The notes: generated by a model not told the origin, from the sequence alone. A DNA stretch of 64,000 nt from an uncultured Alphaproteobacteria bacterium (GCA_902571865.1 CACGDO010000006.1:13069-77068); one strand, 5' to 3'. Shown: positions 24,597-33,971, counted from the first letter of the stretch. Translations and numbers: made by a program.

Positions 24597-26423
24597 CTAC
24601 CCTTTTACAGCACCAGCCGATAAGCCGGCAATATAATATTTTTGAACAAAAGAAAAAATTACTATAATTGGAATTGTTGTTAAAGTTGCAAAAGCCATAG
24701 CTTGTCCATACTGCGGTTCCTGACCTACACTTAGTGCAAAAACTTCCGTCATACCAAGAGGAATGGTATAGTTAAGATCATCTCTTAAAATTATAAGTGG
24801 CCATAGGAAACTATTCCAAGAATTAACAAATGTAATTATTGCGAGAGTAGCTATTCCAGGCCAAACAAGTGGGACAACTATTTGCCAAAATATTCTAAAC
24901 TCACCAGCTCCATCTGATCTTGCTGCTTGAATTAATTCATCTGGAACAGAAGTTATAAATTGTCTCATCATAAAAATTCCTATCGCAGGTGCAACAAAAG
25001 GAATTATTAGCCCCGTTAAAGTGTCATTCAATCCCATTCTTCCAACTAAGACGTAAAGAGGAATCATTATAATTGGGAAAGGTATCATTGCAGTTGCTAC
25101 CATAAAAATGAAGAGTTTGTTTTTTCCTTTAAAGTTATATTTTGCAAATGCATACCCGGCTAAAGTACATAAAAAAATCGTTAGAATTGTTACAGCTATA
25201 GCAACAAAGAAGGAATTGAATATCCATAAACTTGCAGGAAACTCAGTAAACAATTTTGTTACATTTTCCCAATTAGGACTTTTAGATAAAACTATTGGTG
25301 GCCATGCCATTATTTCTGCTGTTGATTTAATTGATGAGGTAAGCATAAAAAAATAAGGGATTAGTGTTATCAAACCTATAATTGTTATTATTAAATTTAA
25401 TGAATATTTTCCAATTGTTGGCGATAAAGATTTTTTATTAGAACTAGAAGACTCAATTGGAAAAATATTAGCAATAAAATCTATGACAGGAGATAAAATT
25501 CTCTCAATAAAACTTTTTTTTGCATCCTGATCTAAATTTGACGCAAATGATCTAAATTGAAATAATGATATAGCTAAAATACAGATAAACATAAATACAC
25601 CAATAGATGATCCAAACCCTAATTTGAGCTGATTAAAGCCCCTTTCCATCATGTAAACAACCATTGATTTAGCATGAGTTGGAACATCGTTTCCACTATA
25701 CATAACAAATACATCTTCAAATATTTGAAATGAACCAATAGAAACAATTATACAAACAAATAATGTTACAGGTGCTAGCTGAGGAAGAGTCACATACCAA
25801 AATTGATGCCATGCAGTTGCTCCATCTATTTTTGCAGCTTCATATAATGTTCTATCTATAAATTGTAGTCCTGCTAAAAAATAAATACAGGTTAAGCCTG
25901 TCCACCTCCATATTATCAACATCATAACAGACCACTTTGAAGTTGAAGATGATTCAACCCAATTGATTGGTTCTATCCCAATAAAACCAATTATATAATT
26001 AAGTAGTCCAAAATCGCTATTTAATATCATTTTAAAAGTTAATGCTGCTGCAACGACTGATGTAACTATAGGTGAAAAAAATACTAAGCGCCAAAAAGGT
26101 TTTAGTTTTAGACTATGACTATTAAGAGCTAGAGCTAATAAAAGTGCAAGAGGAATGGTTATAAATACACTTCCAGCAGAATAAAATACTGTATTTTGGA
26201 AAGTTTCCCAAAAATTTTGGTCTTTAAAAAATAAATATTCAAAATTTCCCCATCCTCTAGGTTTAGGAGCTTTTACACCTTTCCATTTATAAAAAGCTAA
26301 AATAAAAGATGCTATAGTAGGTAAAAGAAAAAAAATTGTAAAAATAATATAAAATGGCGATATAAAAAAATATGGCGCAACCTTTTCAGGTCTAAATCTT
26401 CGACTATTACTCACAACTGACAT
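24597..26423 (-). CDS. fused carbohydrate ABC transporter permease (MalF-like N-half and MalG-like C-half in one 608-aa ORF)
   Basis: Two EAA loops (AAKIDGATAWHQFWYVTLP and AARSDGAGEFRIFWQIVVP) separated by a Ser-rich hydrophilic linker (about aa 290-335). Confidence 0.8.
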   Translation of the reverse strand: MSVVSNSRRFRPEKVAPYFFISPFYIIFTIFFLLPTIASFILAFYKWKGVKAPKPRGWGNFEYLFFKDQNFWETFQNTVFYSAGSVFITIPLALLLALALNSHSLKLKPFWRLVFFSPIVTSVVAAALTFKMILNSDFGLLNYIIGFIGIEPINWVESSSTSKWSVMMLIIWRWTGLTCIYFLAGLQFIDRTLYEAAKIDGATAWHQFWYVTLPQLAPVTLFVCIIVSIGSFQIFEDVFVMYSGNDVPTHAKSMVVYMMERGFNQLKLGFGSSIGVFMFICILAISLFQFRSFASNLDQDAKKSFIERILSPVIDFIANIFPIESSSSNKKSLSPTIGKYSLNLIITIIGLITLIPYFFMLTSSIKSTAEIMAWPPIVLSKSPNWENVTKLFTEFPASLWIFNSFFVAIAVTILTIFLCTLAGYAFAKYNFKGKNKLFIFMVATAMIPFPIIMIPLYVLVGRMGLNDTLTGLIIPFVAPAIGIFMMRQFITSVPDELIQAARSDGAGEFRIFWQIVVPLVWPGIATLAIITFVNSWNSFLWPLIILRDDLNYTIPLGMTEVFALSVGQEPQYGQAMAFATLTTIPIIVIFSFVQKYYIAGLSAGAVKG

Positions 26424-26447
26424 ATTATTATTTTAATTCAATTTTAA

Positions 26448-26473
26448 AAAAGCAGGGTAAAAACCCTGCTTTA
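26448..26473 (-). terminator. stem-loop plus U-tract after the SBP gene (likely partial intrinsic terminator)
   Basis: AGCAGGGT-aaaa-ACCCTGCT (26451-26470). In the minus-strand direction it is followed by TTTTT and preceded by an A-tract. Confidence 0.55.
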
Positions 26474-26484
26474 AAAATTATAGT

Positions 26485-27738
26485 CTATAAAAAGTCAAGT
26501 TCATCCTGAACTTGTGAAATGAACCTTTCATGTGCTTCTTCAGCCGTGATTTCTCCATTAGCTAGTAACGTAGTTAAGTCACGAGAAACAGTATCAATAA
26601 TAGCTCTTCCAACGTGCTGATAGTCATCAGCGCTTGAACCTGCAACAGAAATGAATGGTTCAGCAAATTTTTGACCTCCATAAAAATCAAACTTTTTGTC
26701 AGCAATTCTAGGATCCTCTAGAGCTGATAATAAAGTAGGCATACCTCCAAAGAAGTCATACTTTGCAATTTGACCTTCATAAGAAAAATATGCAAGTTCA
26801 AGAAGTTTTTTTGCTACATCAACTGCTTCTGAAGATTTATGAATCGCAAAACCAGTTCCACCCCAGTGAAAAGTTTTATAACCATCATCTCCCCAAGTAG
26901 GAAGTGGAGCAACTCTCCATTCACCTGCTTGCGTATCTTTCACAGTAGGTTGTAAACAGCAATTATTGTACCAATCTGGTGCCATTGTTCCAACTGTTTG
27001 CTTAGAATTATATAAAACACCAGGAGTTTGACCCCAATAATCAGTTGTATAATTTATAACACCACTCGCAAAAGCTTCTTCTTGGTATTTCAAAATGTCC
27101 ATGAAGAGATCTTCATTCATTTCGAATTCGCCATCTTCATTAAAGAATTTACCACCAGCTTGTTGGTACATACCAATAAATCTTAATTCAGAAAGCATCA
27201 TTGAAATACCATCTTTAGCTAAGATCTTTCCTGTTTCCATAAACTCATCCCAAGTTTTAGGAACTGATTTACCATAACTTTCAAGAATACTTGGGTTATA
27301 GTAATAAACCATATAACAACCTTCACTCTCAATACCATAGATTTCACCATTAGTATGAGTCCAAGCAGCAACCTTACCAGGATTCCATTGAGACATATCT
27401 CCGTACATATCTGTTAATGGAACAAAATTATCTGAAATGATATCATCTACCATAAATAATCCGAAACCACTGATTTCTATTCCAAGAAGATCTGTATGTT
27501 CTGAACCTGAGGCTATAGCTGTTAAACTGTTTGTTGCCATGTCAGGAGTAACTTGAAAGTCAAAAGTAATGTTATCATCTGGAAATGCAGCCTGCACTTC
27601 TTCTAAGTAAGTATTAAAATAATCAACATAGAGTTGGTTATGAGTCCACATTGATAAAGTTACATCTCTAGCATTAGAAGCCGATGAAAAACCAACTAAA
27701 ACTGCAAGAGATAAAATTAAGGATTTAATTAATTTCAT
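26485..27738 (-). CDS. ABC transporter substrate-binding protein (family 1, sugar type)
   Basis: 417 aa with a signal peptide. Upstream of the fused permease. Has the AAGGGAGGAAA Shine-Dalgarno. Confidence 0.8.
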   Translation of the reverse strand: MKLIKSLILSLAVLVGFSSASNARDVTLSMWTHNQLYVDYFNTYLEEVQAAFPDDNITFDFQVTPDMATNSLTAIASGSEHTDLLGIEISGFGLFMVDDIISDNFVPLTDMYGDMSQWNPGKVAAWTHTNGEIYGIESEGCYMVYYYNPSILESYGKSVPKTWDEFMETGKILAKDGISMMLSELRFIGMYQQAGGKFFNEDGEFEMNEDLFMDILKYQEEAFASGVINYTTDYWGQTPGVLYNSKQTVGTMAPDWYNNCCLQPTVKDTQAGEWRVAPLPTWGDDGYKTFHWGGTGFAIHKSSEAVDVAKKLLELAYFSYEGQIAKYDFFGGMPTLLSALEDPRIADKKFDFYGGQKFAEPFISVAGSSADDYQHVGRAIIDTVSRDLTTLLANGEITAEEAHERFISQVQDELDFL

Positions 27739-27823
27739 CTTTTCCTCCCTTTAATAGGTATTATAAAAATTATATTGATCAAAAAAGCAAGTTAAAAATA
27801 ATAATTTATATTAATATTATTTT

Positions 27824-28651
27824 TTATTTATTTGGTGAAATAACTTGTTCGTGTGGCATTACTATTTTTTTTTGAAATTCAGTAAGATTTGATAGTAGTT
27901 TTTTTGAAGGTCTATACGGGTGTCTGAAAAAACCCCAAGAAGGTCCATATCTATAAACAACAATTCTTCTTTCTCCCTTATTTGTTCTTTTTGCAGACCC
28001 ATGACAGAGTGAATCAACGAATAGTAGTCCATCACCAGCTTTTAAATAAATTTCTTTTGAAGCAGTCATATTATCAGCAGATGTAACTTTCCCTTTTTTC
28101 ATAGAATGTTTTTCAAATTCGGGATGACGTATATTTGATTTATGAGATGAAGGTATAATTACAGTACCACCATCACCAGGACCAATATCTTTTAACGCTA
28201 ATAGGATATTTACTTGACCACAATGAAACTTTCCTTCTTGAAATCTATAATGATTTCTTTGAAGAGCTTCGTGATGGCCAGAGTGAATGCCAATAGCTTC
28301 CCCCGGTCCTCTTATATTAGCAAAATTTTCATCAATAAATAACGGACCATGATGTTGATCAAAAGTATCTTTGCCTCCAACAAAATGAAGCATATGATTA
28401 ATCCAAGATGGATGATCAATTAATTTTTCGAATGGCTTACCTGCTTCGTAAATTTGCTGAAGATTAAGACCTTCTTTTCCACCATAGTTGTGACCATGAA
28501 CATGTCCTGCCCATTCATCATTTTTTACATTTTTTAATTTATCTAAAATATTATTAAGATTTTTTAATTCTTTTTTATTTAAAGCATTTTCAATTACTAA
28601 GTATCCATTTAGATCAAATAAATATTCATCAAGCTTTGAAACTTTTTTCAC
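27824..28651 (-). CDS. phytanoyl-CoA dioxygenase (PhyH) family Fe(II)/2OG oxygenase-like protein, atypical metal motif
   Basis: PhyH-like architecture (DLNGYLVIENAL...; distal SLCHGS; RRIVVYRY). The proximal motif reads IHSGHHE rather than WHxD. GTG start. Confidence 0.65.
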   Translation of the reverse strand: MKKVSKLDEYLFDLNGYLVIENALNKKELKNLNNILDKLKNVKNDEWAGHVHGHNYGGKEGLNLQQIYEAGKPFEKLIDHPSWINHMLHFVGGKDTFDQHHGPLFIDENFANIRGPGEAIGIHSGHHEALQRNHYRFQEGKFHCGQVNILLALKDIGPGDGGTVIIPSSHKSNIRHPEFEKHSMKKGKVTSADNMTASKEIYLKAGDGLLFVDSLCHGSAKRTNKGERRIVVYRYGPSWGFFRHPYRPSKKLLSNLTEFQKKIVMPHEQVISPNK

Positions 28652-28673
28652 AATTATATTTTGAAGTAAAAAT

Positions 28674-28692
28674 TTATTCTTTTCAAGAATAA
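28674..28692 (-). terminator. weak AT-rich hairpin after fba
   Basis: TTATTCTT-ttc-AAGAATAA, followed by TTTTT in the minus direction. Only one G:C pair in the stem. Confidence 0.3.
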
Positions 28693-28696
28693 AAGT

Positions 28697-29761
28697 CTAA
28701 TTTATGACTGCTTTAAAATCACCAGATTTGTATTTGATAGCCATTTCACCTAAAGACATTGAATTTATTGAAGATGCATTACCGGCAGTGCCAAATTCTT
28801 GTAATCTATTTTTTACAACTTCCTTCATTGCATCTTTAGAAAGTAGTAAATATTTACGGGGATCAAATTGAGATGGATTTTCATGAAAATATTTTCTAAC
28901 AGCCGCTGTAGCAGCTAATCTCAGATCCGTATCAACATTAACTTTTCTCACGCCATGTTTAATGCCTTCTTGAATTTCTGAAACAGGTACGCCGTATGTC
29001 TCTTTTATTTTTCCACCATACTCATTAATAGTTTTTATTAAATCTTGTGGCACTGATGATGATCCGTGCATAACCAAATGTGTATTCGGAAGTCTTGAGT
29101 GAATTTCTTTTATTCTGTCTATTGCTAATATATCTCCTGTCGGTGGTCGTGAAAATTTATAAGCACCATGACTCGTTCCAATTGCAATAGCTAATGCGTC
29201 AACATTAGTTGCTTTTACAAAATCTGAAGCTTCATTAGGATCCGTTAGTAATTGATCATGATCAAGTTTACCTTCTGCACCTACACCGTCTTCTTTTTCC
29301 CCAGTTCCAGTTTCCAAAGAACCTAAACATCCAATTTCTCCTTCAACGGAGACACCTAAAGCATGCGCCATATCAGTTGTTTCTTTGGTAACTCTAACAT
29401 TGTAATCAAAGTCTGAAGGTGTTTTTTGATCATCCATTAAGGAGCCATCCATCATTACGGAAGTAAAACCTAATTCAATACAGTTTTTACAATCACTCGG
29501 AGATCCTCCATGATCTTGATGTAGAACAGTTGGAATGTCTGAAAACTCATCCATTGCTGCTTCAACTAATTTTTTAACAAAAATGGGGCCGGCATATTTT
29601 CTTGCAGCGCCAGATGCTTGCAGAATTACAGGGCTATTTAATTCTTTAGCCCCTTCCATTATGGCTCTTATTGCTTCCAAGTTATTTACATTAAATGCAG
29701 GTACACCATAATTATTTTCAGCTGCATGATCTAATAGTTGTCGAAGCGAAATTAATGACAT
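28697..29761 (-). CDS. fba: fructose-bisphosphate aldolase, class II
   Basis: [14 protein letters not shown] and HGSSS motifs, 354 aa (CbbA-type length). Confidence 0.9.
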   Translation of the reverse strand: MSLISLRQLLDHAAENNYGVPAFNVNNLEAIRAIMEGAKELNSPVILQASGAARKYAGPIFVKKLVEAAMDEFSDIPTVLHQDHGGSPSDCKNCIELGFTSVMMDGSLMDDQKTPSDFDYNVRVTKETTDMAHALGVSVEGEIGCLGSLETGTGEKEDGVGAEGKLDHDQLLTDPNEASDFVKATNVDALAIAIGTSHGAYKFSRPPTGDILAIDRIKEIHSRLPNTHLVMHGSSSVPQDLIKTINEYGGKIKETYGVPVSEIQEGIKHGVRKVNVDTDLRLAATAAVRKYFHENPSQFDPRKYLLLSKDAMKEVVKNRLQEFGTAGNASSINSMSLGEMAIKYKSGDFKAVIN

Positions 29762-29805
29762 ATGTGGACTCTATTAAACATAATAATAATTAATTCAACT
29801 AAACA

Positions 29806-30939
29806 GTGAAAGAAATTTTAAAATATTCTTGTCTAATTTTTTTATATGCTTTGTCACATAGTTATTTAGCAACATGTTTTGCAATTGATTTAAAAATAAA
29901 AGGTTATGAAGAACGTTACATAGGTCTATCATTATCATTCTGGGGTATCGGAGTTATTTTAGGGGCATTATTACATAATTTAATAAGAAAAAAATTAAAT
30001 TTATTTTCTACAATTTTATATGGTTCAATAATTCAGTTAAGTTTTTCTTTAATTTTTTTAATTGATCAAAATACTTTTCTAGTAGCTTTAATGCAATTTG
30101 TTATGGGTATAACTAGTGCAATTAATTCATTAACGCTTGAATCACACATCAGCTCTAAATTTAAGAAAACATCTGGTTTCTATATATCTTTATTTTGGTC
30201 ATCTGCTGGATTAGGCGCAATTACTGGAAGTCTATTTATAGCAATAAATGGTATAAATAATTTAACTTATTATGTAGCAGCTTTATTTTTTCTTATGCAT
30301 TTTATTCCAATTTATTTATTTCGCTCATCTATTAGTAAAATTGCCATTGAAAACCTGAGTCTTAGATTATCTAAAAATGTTTTAAGTAAAATAAAATATT
30401 TACTTTTTTGTGTAATATTATTTGGTGCATGTGATGCTGGATTTAGCTCATTATTTCCATCATATTTATTAGAAGAATCATATAGTGATAAGCAAGTTGG
30501 AAGAATAAATTTTTTAGCTGGATTAATTGCTTTAGTTTTTTATCCCTTTATGGGCAAGTTAGTAGATAATTATAATAAGACTATTATTTTTAATACTTTT
30601 TGTTTTATAAATTTTATTAATTTATTTATTCTTTATTTTATCAGTGATTTTTATGTTTATATAATTTGTGTAGCATTTTATTATTACACCATTGGAACAG
30701 TTTTCTTAATTACATTTAATATTGTAGGTAAAAAACTTGAAGGGGGAGTAATAGTTTTTGGAATAGCTGGTCACTATATCAGTGAAAATATCGGAAGTTT
30801 TCTTGGTCCTAATTTAATTGGTAATATCATTAATATAAATATTAATTATTTCTTTTTAATATTTGTTTTTTTATACATCTTAATAGTCTTACTATTTAAT
30901 TATAATCAAATAAAAGATGGTGGGCCCTCAGGGACTTGA
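29806..30939 (+). CDS. MFS transporter
   Basis: About 12 predicted TM helices. GTG start. The last 22 nt run antisense into the tRNA gene. Confidence 0.65.
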   Translation: MKEILKYSCLIFLYALSHSYLATCFAIDLKIKGYEERYIGLSLSFWGIGVILGALLHNLIRKKLNLFSTILYGSIIQLSFSLIFLIDQNTFLVALMQFVMGITSAINSLTLESHISSKFKKTSGFYISLFWSSAGLGAITGSLFIAINGINNLTYYVAALFFLMHFIPIYLFRSSISKIAIENLSLRLSKNVLSKIKYLLFCVILFGACDAGFSSLFPSYLLEESYSDKQVGRINFLAGLIALVFYPFMGKLVDNYNKTIIFNTFCFINFINLFILYFISDFYVYIICVAFYYYTIGTVFLITFNIVGKKLEGGVIVFGIAGHYISENIGSFLGPNLIGNIINININYFFLIFVFLYILIVLLFNYNQIKDGGPSGT

Positions 30940-30994
30940 ACCCCGGACCACCCCGTTATGAGCGGGGCGCTCTAACCAACTGAGCTAAGAGCCC
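30918..30994 (-). tRNA. tRNA with CAT anticodon (elongator Met or lysidine-modified Ile2; not initiator-like)
   Basis: Hand-folded cloverleaf: GGGCTCT/TA/GCTC-AGTTGGTTA-GAGC/G/CCCCG-CTCATAA-CGGGG/TGGTC/CGGGG-TTCAAGT-CCCTG/AGGGCCC/A/CCA (77 nt). 1-72 is G:C and there is no GGG/CCC anticodon stem. Confidence 0.85.
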
Positions 30995-31035
30995 TCAAAA
31001 TCCCTTATAGATGATTATCAAAATTTTAATAATAT

Positions 31036-31242
31036 TTATTTTTTAGAATTTAGCATTTTTTTTACTGAATGATAAAATTCATCAGTAACAGTAAAATAAA
31101 AGCCATTTTCTTCATGTAAAGAATTATTACCGTTTCCATTTACTGTATGAAAGTCTGTGAGATGTTTAAAAAAAATATTTATATCTGGAATGGCATATTT
31201 TCTACCATCATCACTTTTTATGATAAAACCCTCCTTACTCAC
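31036..31242 (-). CDS. hypothetical small protein (about 68 aa) possibly translationally coupled to the ABC ATPase
   Basis: The ORF 31036..31329 overlaps the ATPase 3' end. A GTG at 31242, preceded by GAGG, overlaps the ATPase stop (GTGAGTAA). I recognise no family. Confidence 0.35.
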   Translation of the reverse strand: MSKEGFIIKSDDGRKYAIPDINIFFKHLTDFHTVNGNGNNSLHEENGFYFTVTDEFYHSVKKMLNSKK

Positions 31243-32863
31243 CCACAACCTCAAATGCTGATTGAACAAGTTGCTTGGTATACTCATTAATTGGATTATC
31301 AAGAACATCTTTTGTAATTCCCTCTTCAATTACTTTACCATCTTTCATCACTAAAGTGTAATGACATAAGGATCTAATTACTTTTAAATTATGGCTAATA
31401 AATATGTAAGATAAATTATGATTTCTTCTTAAGGATCTTAGTAAATCTATTATTTGTGCTTGAATTGATAAATCTAACGCTGATGTTGGTTCATCCAATA
31501 ATATAAATTCAGGATTTAAGATTATTGCTCTAGCTATAGCTATTCTTTGTCTTTGACCTCCAGAAAATTCATGCGGAAATCTATGTAAGACGCTTTCATC
31601 TAAATTAACTTCTTCAAGCGTTTTTATTACTAAATTATCTTTTTCTTCACTAGATAAATCTTTTCTATTAATTTCTAAACCTTCTCCTATAATTTGTTTA
31701 ACAGTATGTCTTGGGTTTAATGAAGAAAAAGGATCTTGAAATACTATTTGCATGTGTTCTCTAAGTTCTTTCATTTTTTGAGTATTATAATTTTGAATTT
31801 CTTGATCCTCAAAAAAAATTTTACCAGAATTAATTTCTTGAAGCTTAATTAATGACATTCCTAAAGTACTTTTTCCTGAACCGCTCTCTCCAACAATACC
31901 TATTGTCTCTCCGTATCTAGCTTTTATATCAACATTATTAACAGCAATGAGCTCTGATGTTTTTTGATTAAAAAAATTTCCTTTTTTTAATACAAATTTA
32001 ACAGTACATTTTTGACCTTCTATAATATAATTTTTATTTTCCTCATCAAATGGATCTGGCTCACCACTTGGCTCAGAGTTAATTAGATGTTTTGTATATT
32101 CATGTTTAGGATTAGAAAAAACATCTTCTGTATACCCTTTTTCTACTATCTTACCGTATCGCATTACACAAATGCGATCACTGGTTTTACGCACAACTGT
32201 TAAATCATGAGTAATAAGCATTATTGCCATGCCGTATTTTTTTTGAAGATTTTTTAATAATTTTAAAATTTGTGATTGTATCGTTACATCTAAAGCTGTT
32301 GTTGGTTCATCTGCAATAAGTAAATCAGGTTTATTTGCAATCGCAATCGCGATCATGATTCTTTGTCTTTGACCCCCTGATAACTGGTGTGGATATTGAT
32401 TTAATCTTTCTTCGGGTTGTGGAATCTGAACTTCATTTAATAACTCTAAAGCCCTTTTTTGAGCTTGAAATTTACTTATGTTACTATGTTCACGAAGAAC
32501 TTCTATAATTTGACTTCCTATCTTATGTAAAGGATTTAAACTAGTTAAGGGTTCTTGAAAAATCATTGTTATACCATCCCCTCTGATTTGTCTCATTTGC
32601 TCATCAGTGAATTTACCTGTCTCAACACCTTTAAAAAAAATATTAGTTTTTGGTCCAACTGTTGAATTTTTTGGTAACATCTTCATGATGGTTCTTGCAG
32701 TAACAGATTTACCAGAACCTGACTCACCAACTATTGCAAGTGTCTCACCTTTCATAATATCAAATGAAATATCGTTTACGGCGTTTACTACACCTCCTTC
32801 AACACTGAATTTAATTTCAGCATTTTTTAGATCTAAAAGTTTTGTATTATTTTGAGACTGCAT
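31235..32863 (-). CDS. ABC transporter ATP-binding protein with duplicated ATPase domains (fused DppD/DppF type)
   Basis: Two Walker A motifs (GESGSGKS twice), two signatures (LSGGQRQR and FSGGQRQR), and two Walker B motifs. Confidence 0.9.
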   Translation of the reverse strand: MQSQNNTKLLDLKNAEIKFSVEGGVVNAVNDISFDIMKGETLAIVGESGSGKSVTARTIMKMLPKNSTVGPKTNIFFKGVETGKFTDEQMRQIRGDGITMIFQEPLTSLNPLHKIGSQIIEVLREHSNISKFQAQKRALELLNEVQIPQPEERLNQYPHQLSGGQRQRIMIAIAIANKPDLLIADEPTTALDVTIQSQILKLLKNLQKKYGMAIMLITHDLTVVRKTSDRICVMRYGKIVEKGYTEDVFSNPKHEYTKHLINSEPSGEPDPFDEENKNYIIEGQKCTVKFVLKKGNFFNQKTSELIAVNNVDIKARYGETIGIVGESGSGKSTLGMSLIKLQEINSGKIFFEDQEIQNYNTQKMKELREHMQIVFQDPFSSLNPRHTVKQIIGEGLEINRKDLSSEEKDNLVIKTLEEVNLDESVLHRFPHEFSGGQRQRIAIARAIILNPEFILLDEPTSALDLSIQAQIIDLLRSLRRNHNLSYIFISHNLKVIRSLCHYTLVMKDGKVIEEGITKDVLDNPINEYTKQLVQSAFEVVGE

Positions 32864-33971
32864 ATGGATCTACCGCATCTCTTATACCATCGCCAAAAGC
32901 GTTAAATGCTAAAACTGTAAAAATAATCATACCTACTGGAGCCATCATCCAAGGAGCATAGGCAAAACTTTGTATATCTAAAACCTGATTTAACATAACA
33001 CCCCATGAAACCATAGGATGCTGAACACCTACACCTAAAAAACTTAAAAATGTTTCAACTAAAATAATTGAAGGAATAGTAAAGGAAGTCCATACAATTA
33101 CATGAGATAATGTATTTGGAAAAATATGTTGAATCATTATTCGAGATCTTGAAGCACCAAGAGCTCTAGCAGCTCTTACAAACTCTAGATTTCTTACTAA
33201 AAAAGTTTTACCCCTAATCTCTCTTGCAATTGATGCCCAGTTTAATAATACAATAATTGCAGCAAATAAAATAAAGACAACTGTTTCATCTGCTCTTCTC
33301 GGTAAAAGTGCAACTAATGCAAAATATAATGGATAAGCTGGAAAAGAAAGAGCAAATTCTGTAACTCTTTGAGCAACTAAATCATAAGTTCCCCCAAAAT
33401 AACCAGAACTTATGCCTATCATTAAACCAATAATTAATGATGCACCAACTGCAATGAGAGCAAATAATAATGTTATTTGTGTTCCAACTAACATTCGTGA
33501 TAACATATCCCTTCCCATATTATCAGTACCTAAAAGATGTATATTTCCATCATTGTTTCCAAATAATCGAAGATTAAAATTCATTCCAAAAATTGTATAT
33601 TCATCACCTTGTATAAAAAATTTTATAGGAATCATTTCTTCAGACTCAGAAAAAGTAAACTCAAAAGTTTCCATGTCCATTTCTTCAATAGTTTTATAAA
33701 CAAAAGGACGAAAATGAAAGTTACCATTATTATCAAAAAAATGTATTAGTTGGGGAGGATGATATAATTCATCTTGAACAACTTTTTTATAATTATGTGG
33801 TGATAAAAATTCTGCAAATACTGCTAAAAATAAAATAAATATAACTCCATAAAAACCAAACATCCCATATCTATTTTTTTTAAGTCTTAAGTAAGAGAGG
33901 TGCCAATGGGAGTTAACTTTTATATAATTATCAGTCTCTGCATTTAATGTTTGAATATTATTACTATCCAC
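32847..33971 (-). CDS. peptide/opine/oligosaccharide-type ABC permease (DppC/OppC-like)
   Basis: BPD_transp_1-type TM protein with a long N-terminal periplasmic insert. Overlaps its neighbours. Confidence 0.8.
   Translation of the reverse strand: MDSNNIQTLNAETDNYIKVNSHWHLSYLRLKKNRYGMFGFYGVIFILFLAVFAEFLSPHNYKKVVQDELYHPPQLIHFFDNNGNFHFRPFVYKTIEEMDMETFEFTFSESEEMIPIKFFIQGDEYTIFGMNFNLRLFGNNDGNIHLLGTDNMGRDMLSRMLVGTQITLLFALIAVGASLIIGLMIGISSGYFGGTYDLVAQRVTEFALSFPAYPLYFALVALLPRRADETVVFILFAAIIVLLNWASIAREIRGKTFLVRNLEFVRAARALGASRSRIMIQHIFPNTLSHVIVWTSFTIPSIILVETFLSFLGVGVQHPMVSWGVMLNQVLDIQSFAYAPWMMAPVGMIIFTVLAFNAFGDGIRDAVDPYAVSK

Noticed and set aside
27775-27782. A TTGATCAA palindrome upstream of SBP gene 2, considered as a regulator site.
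   Set aside because: It is only 8 bp and AT-rich, and it overlaps the spacer of the predicted promoter. It is too short to distinguish from chance.
31243-31329. The N-terminal 29 codons of the ORF 31036..31329 (MKRELQKMFLIIQLMSIPSNLFNQHLRLW).
   Set aside because: This part is the out-of-frame overlap with the conserved C-terminus of the ABC ATPase. If the small ORF is real, it more plausibly starts at the GTG at 31242.
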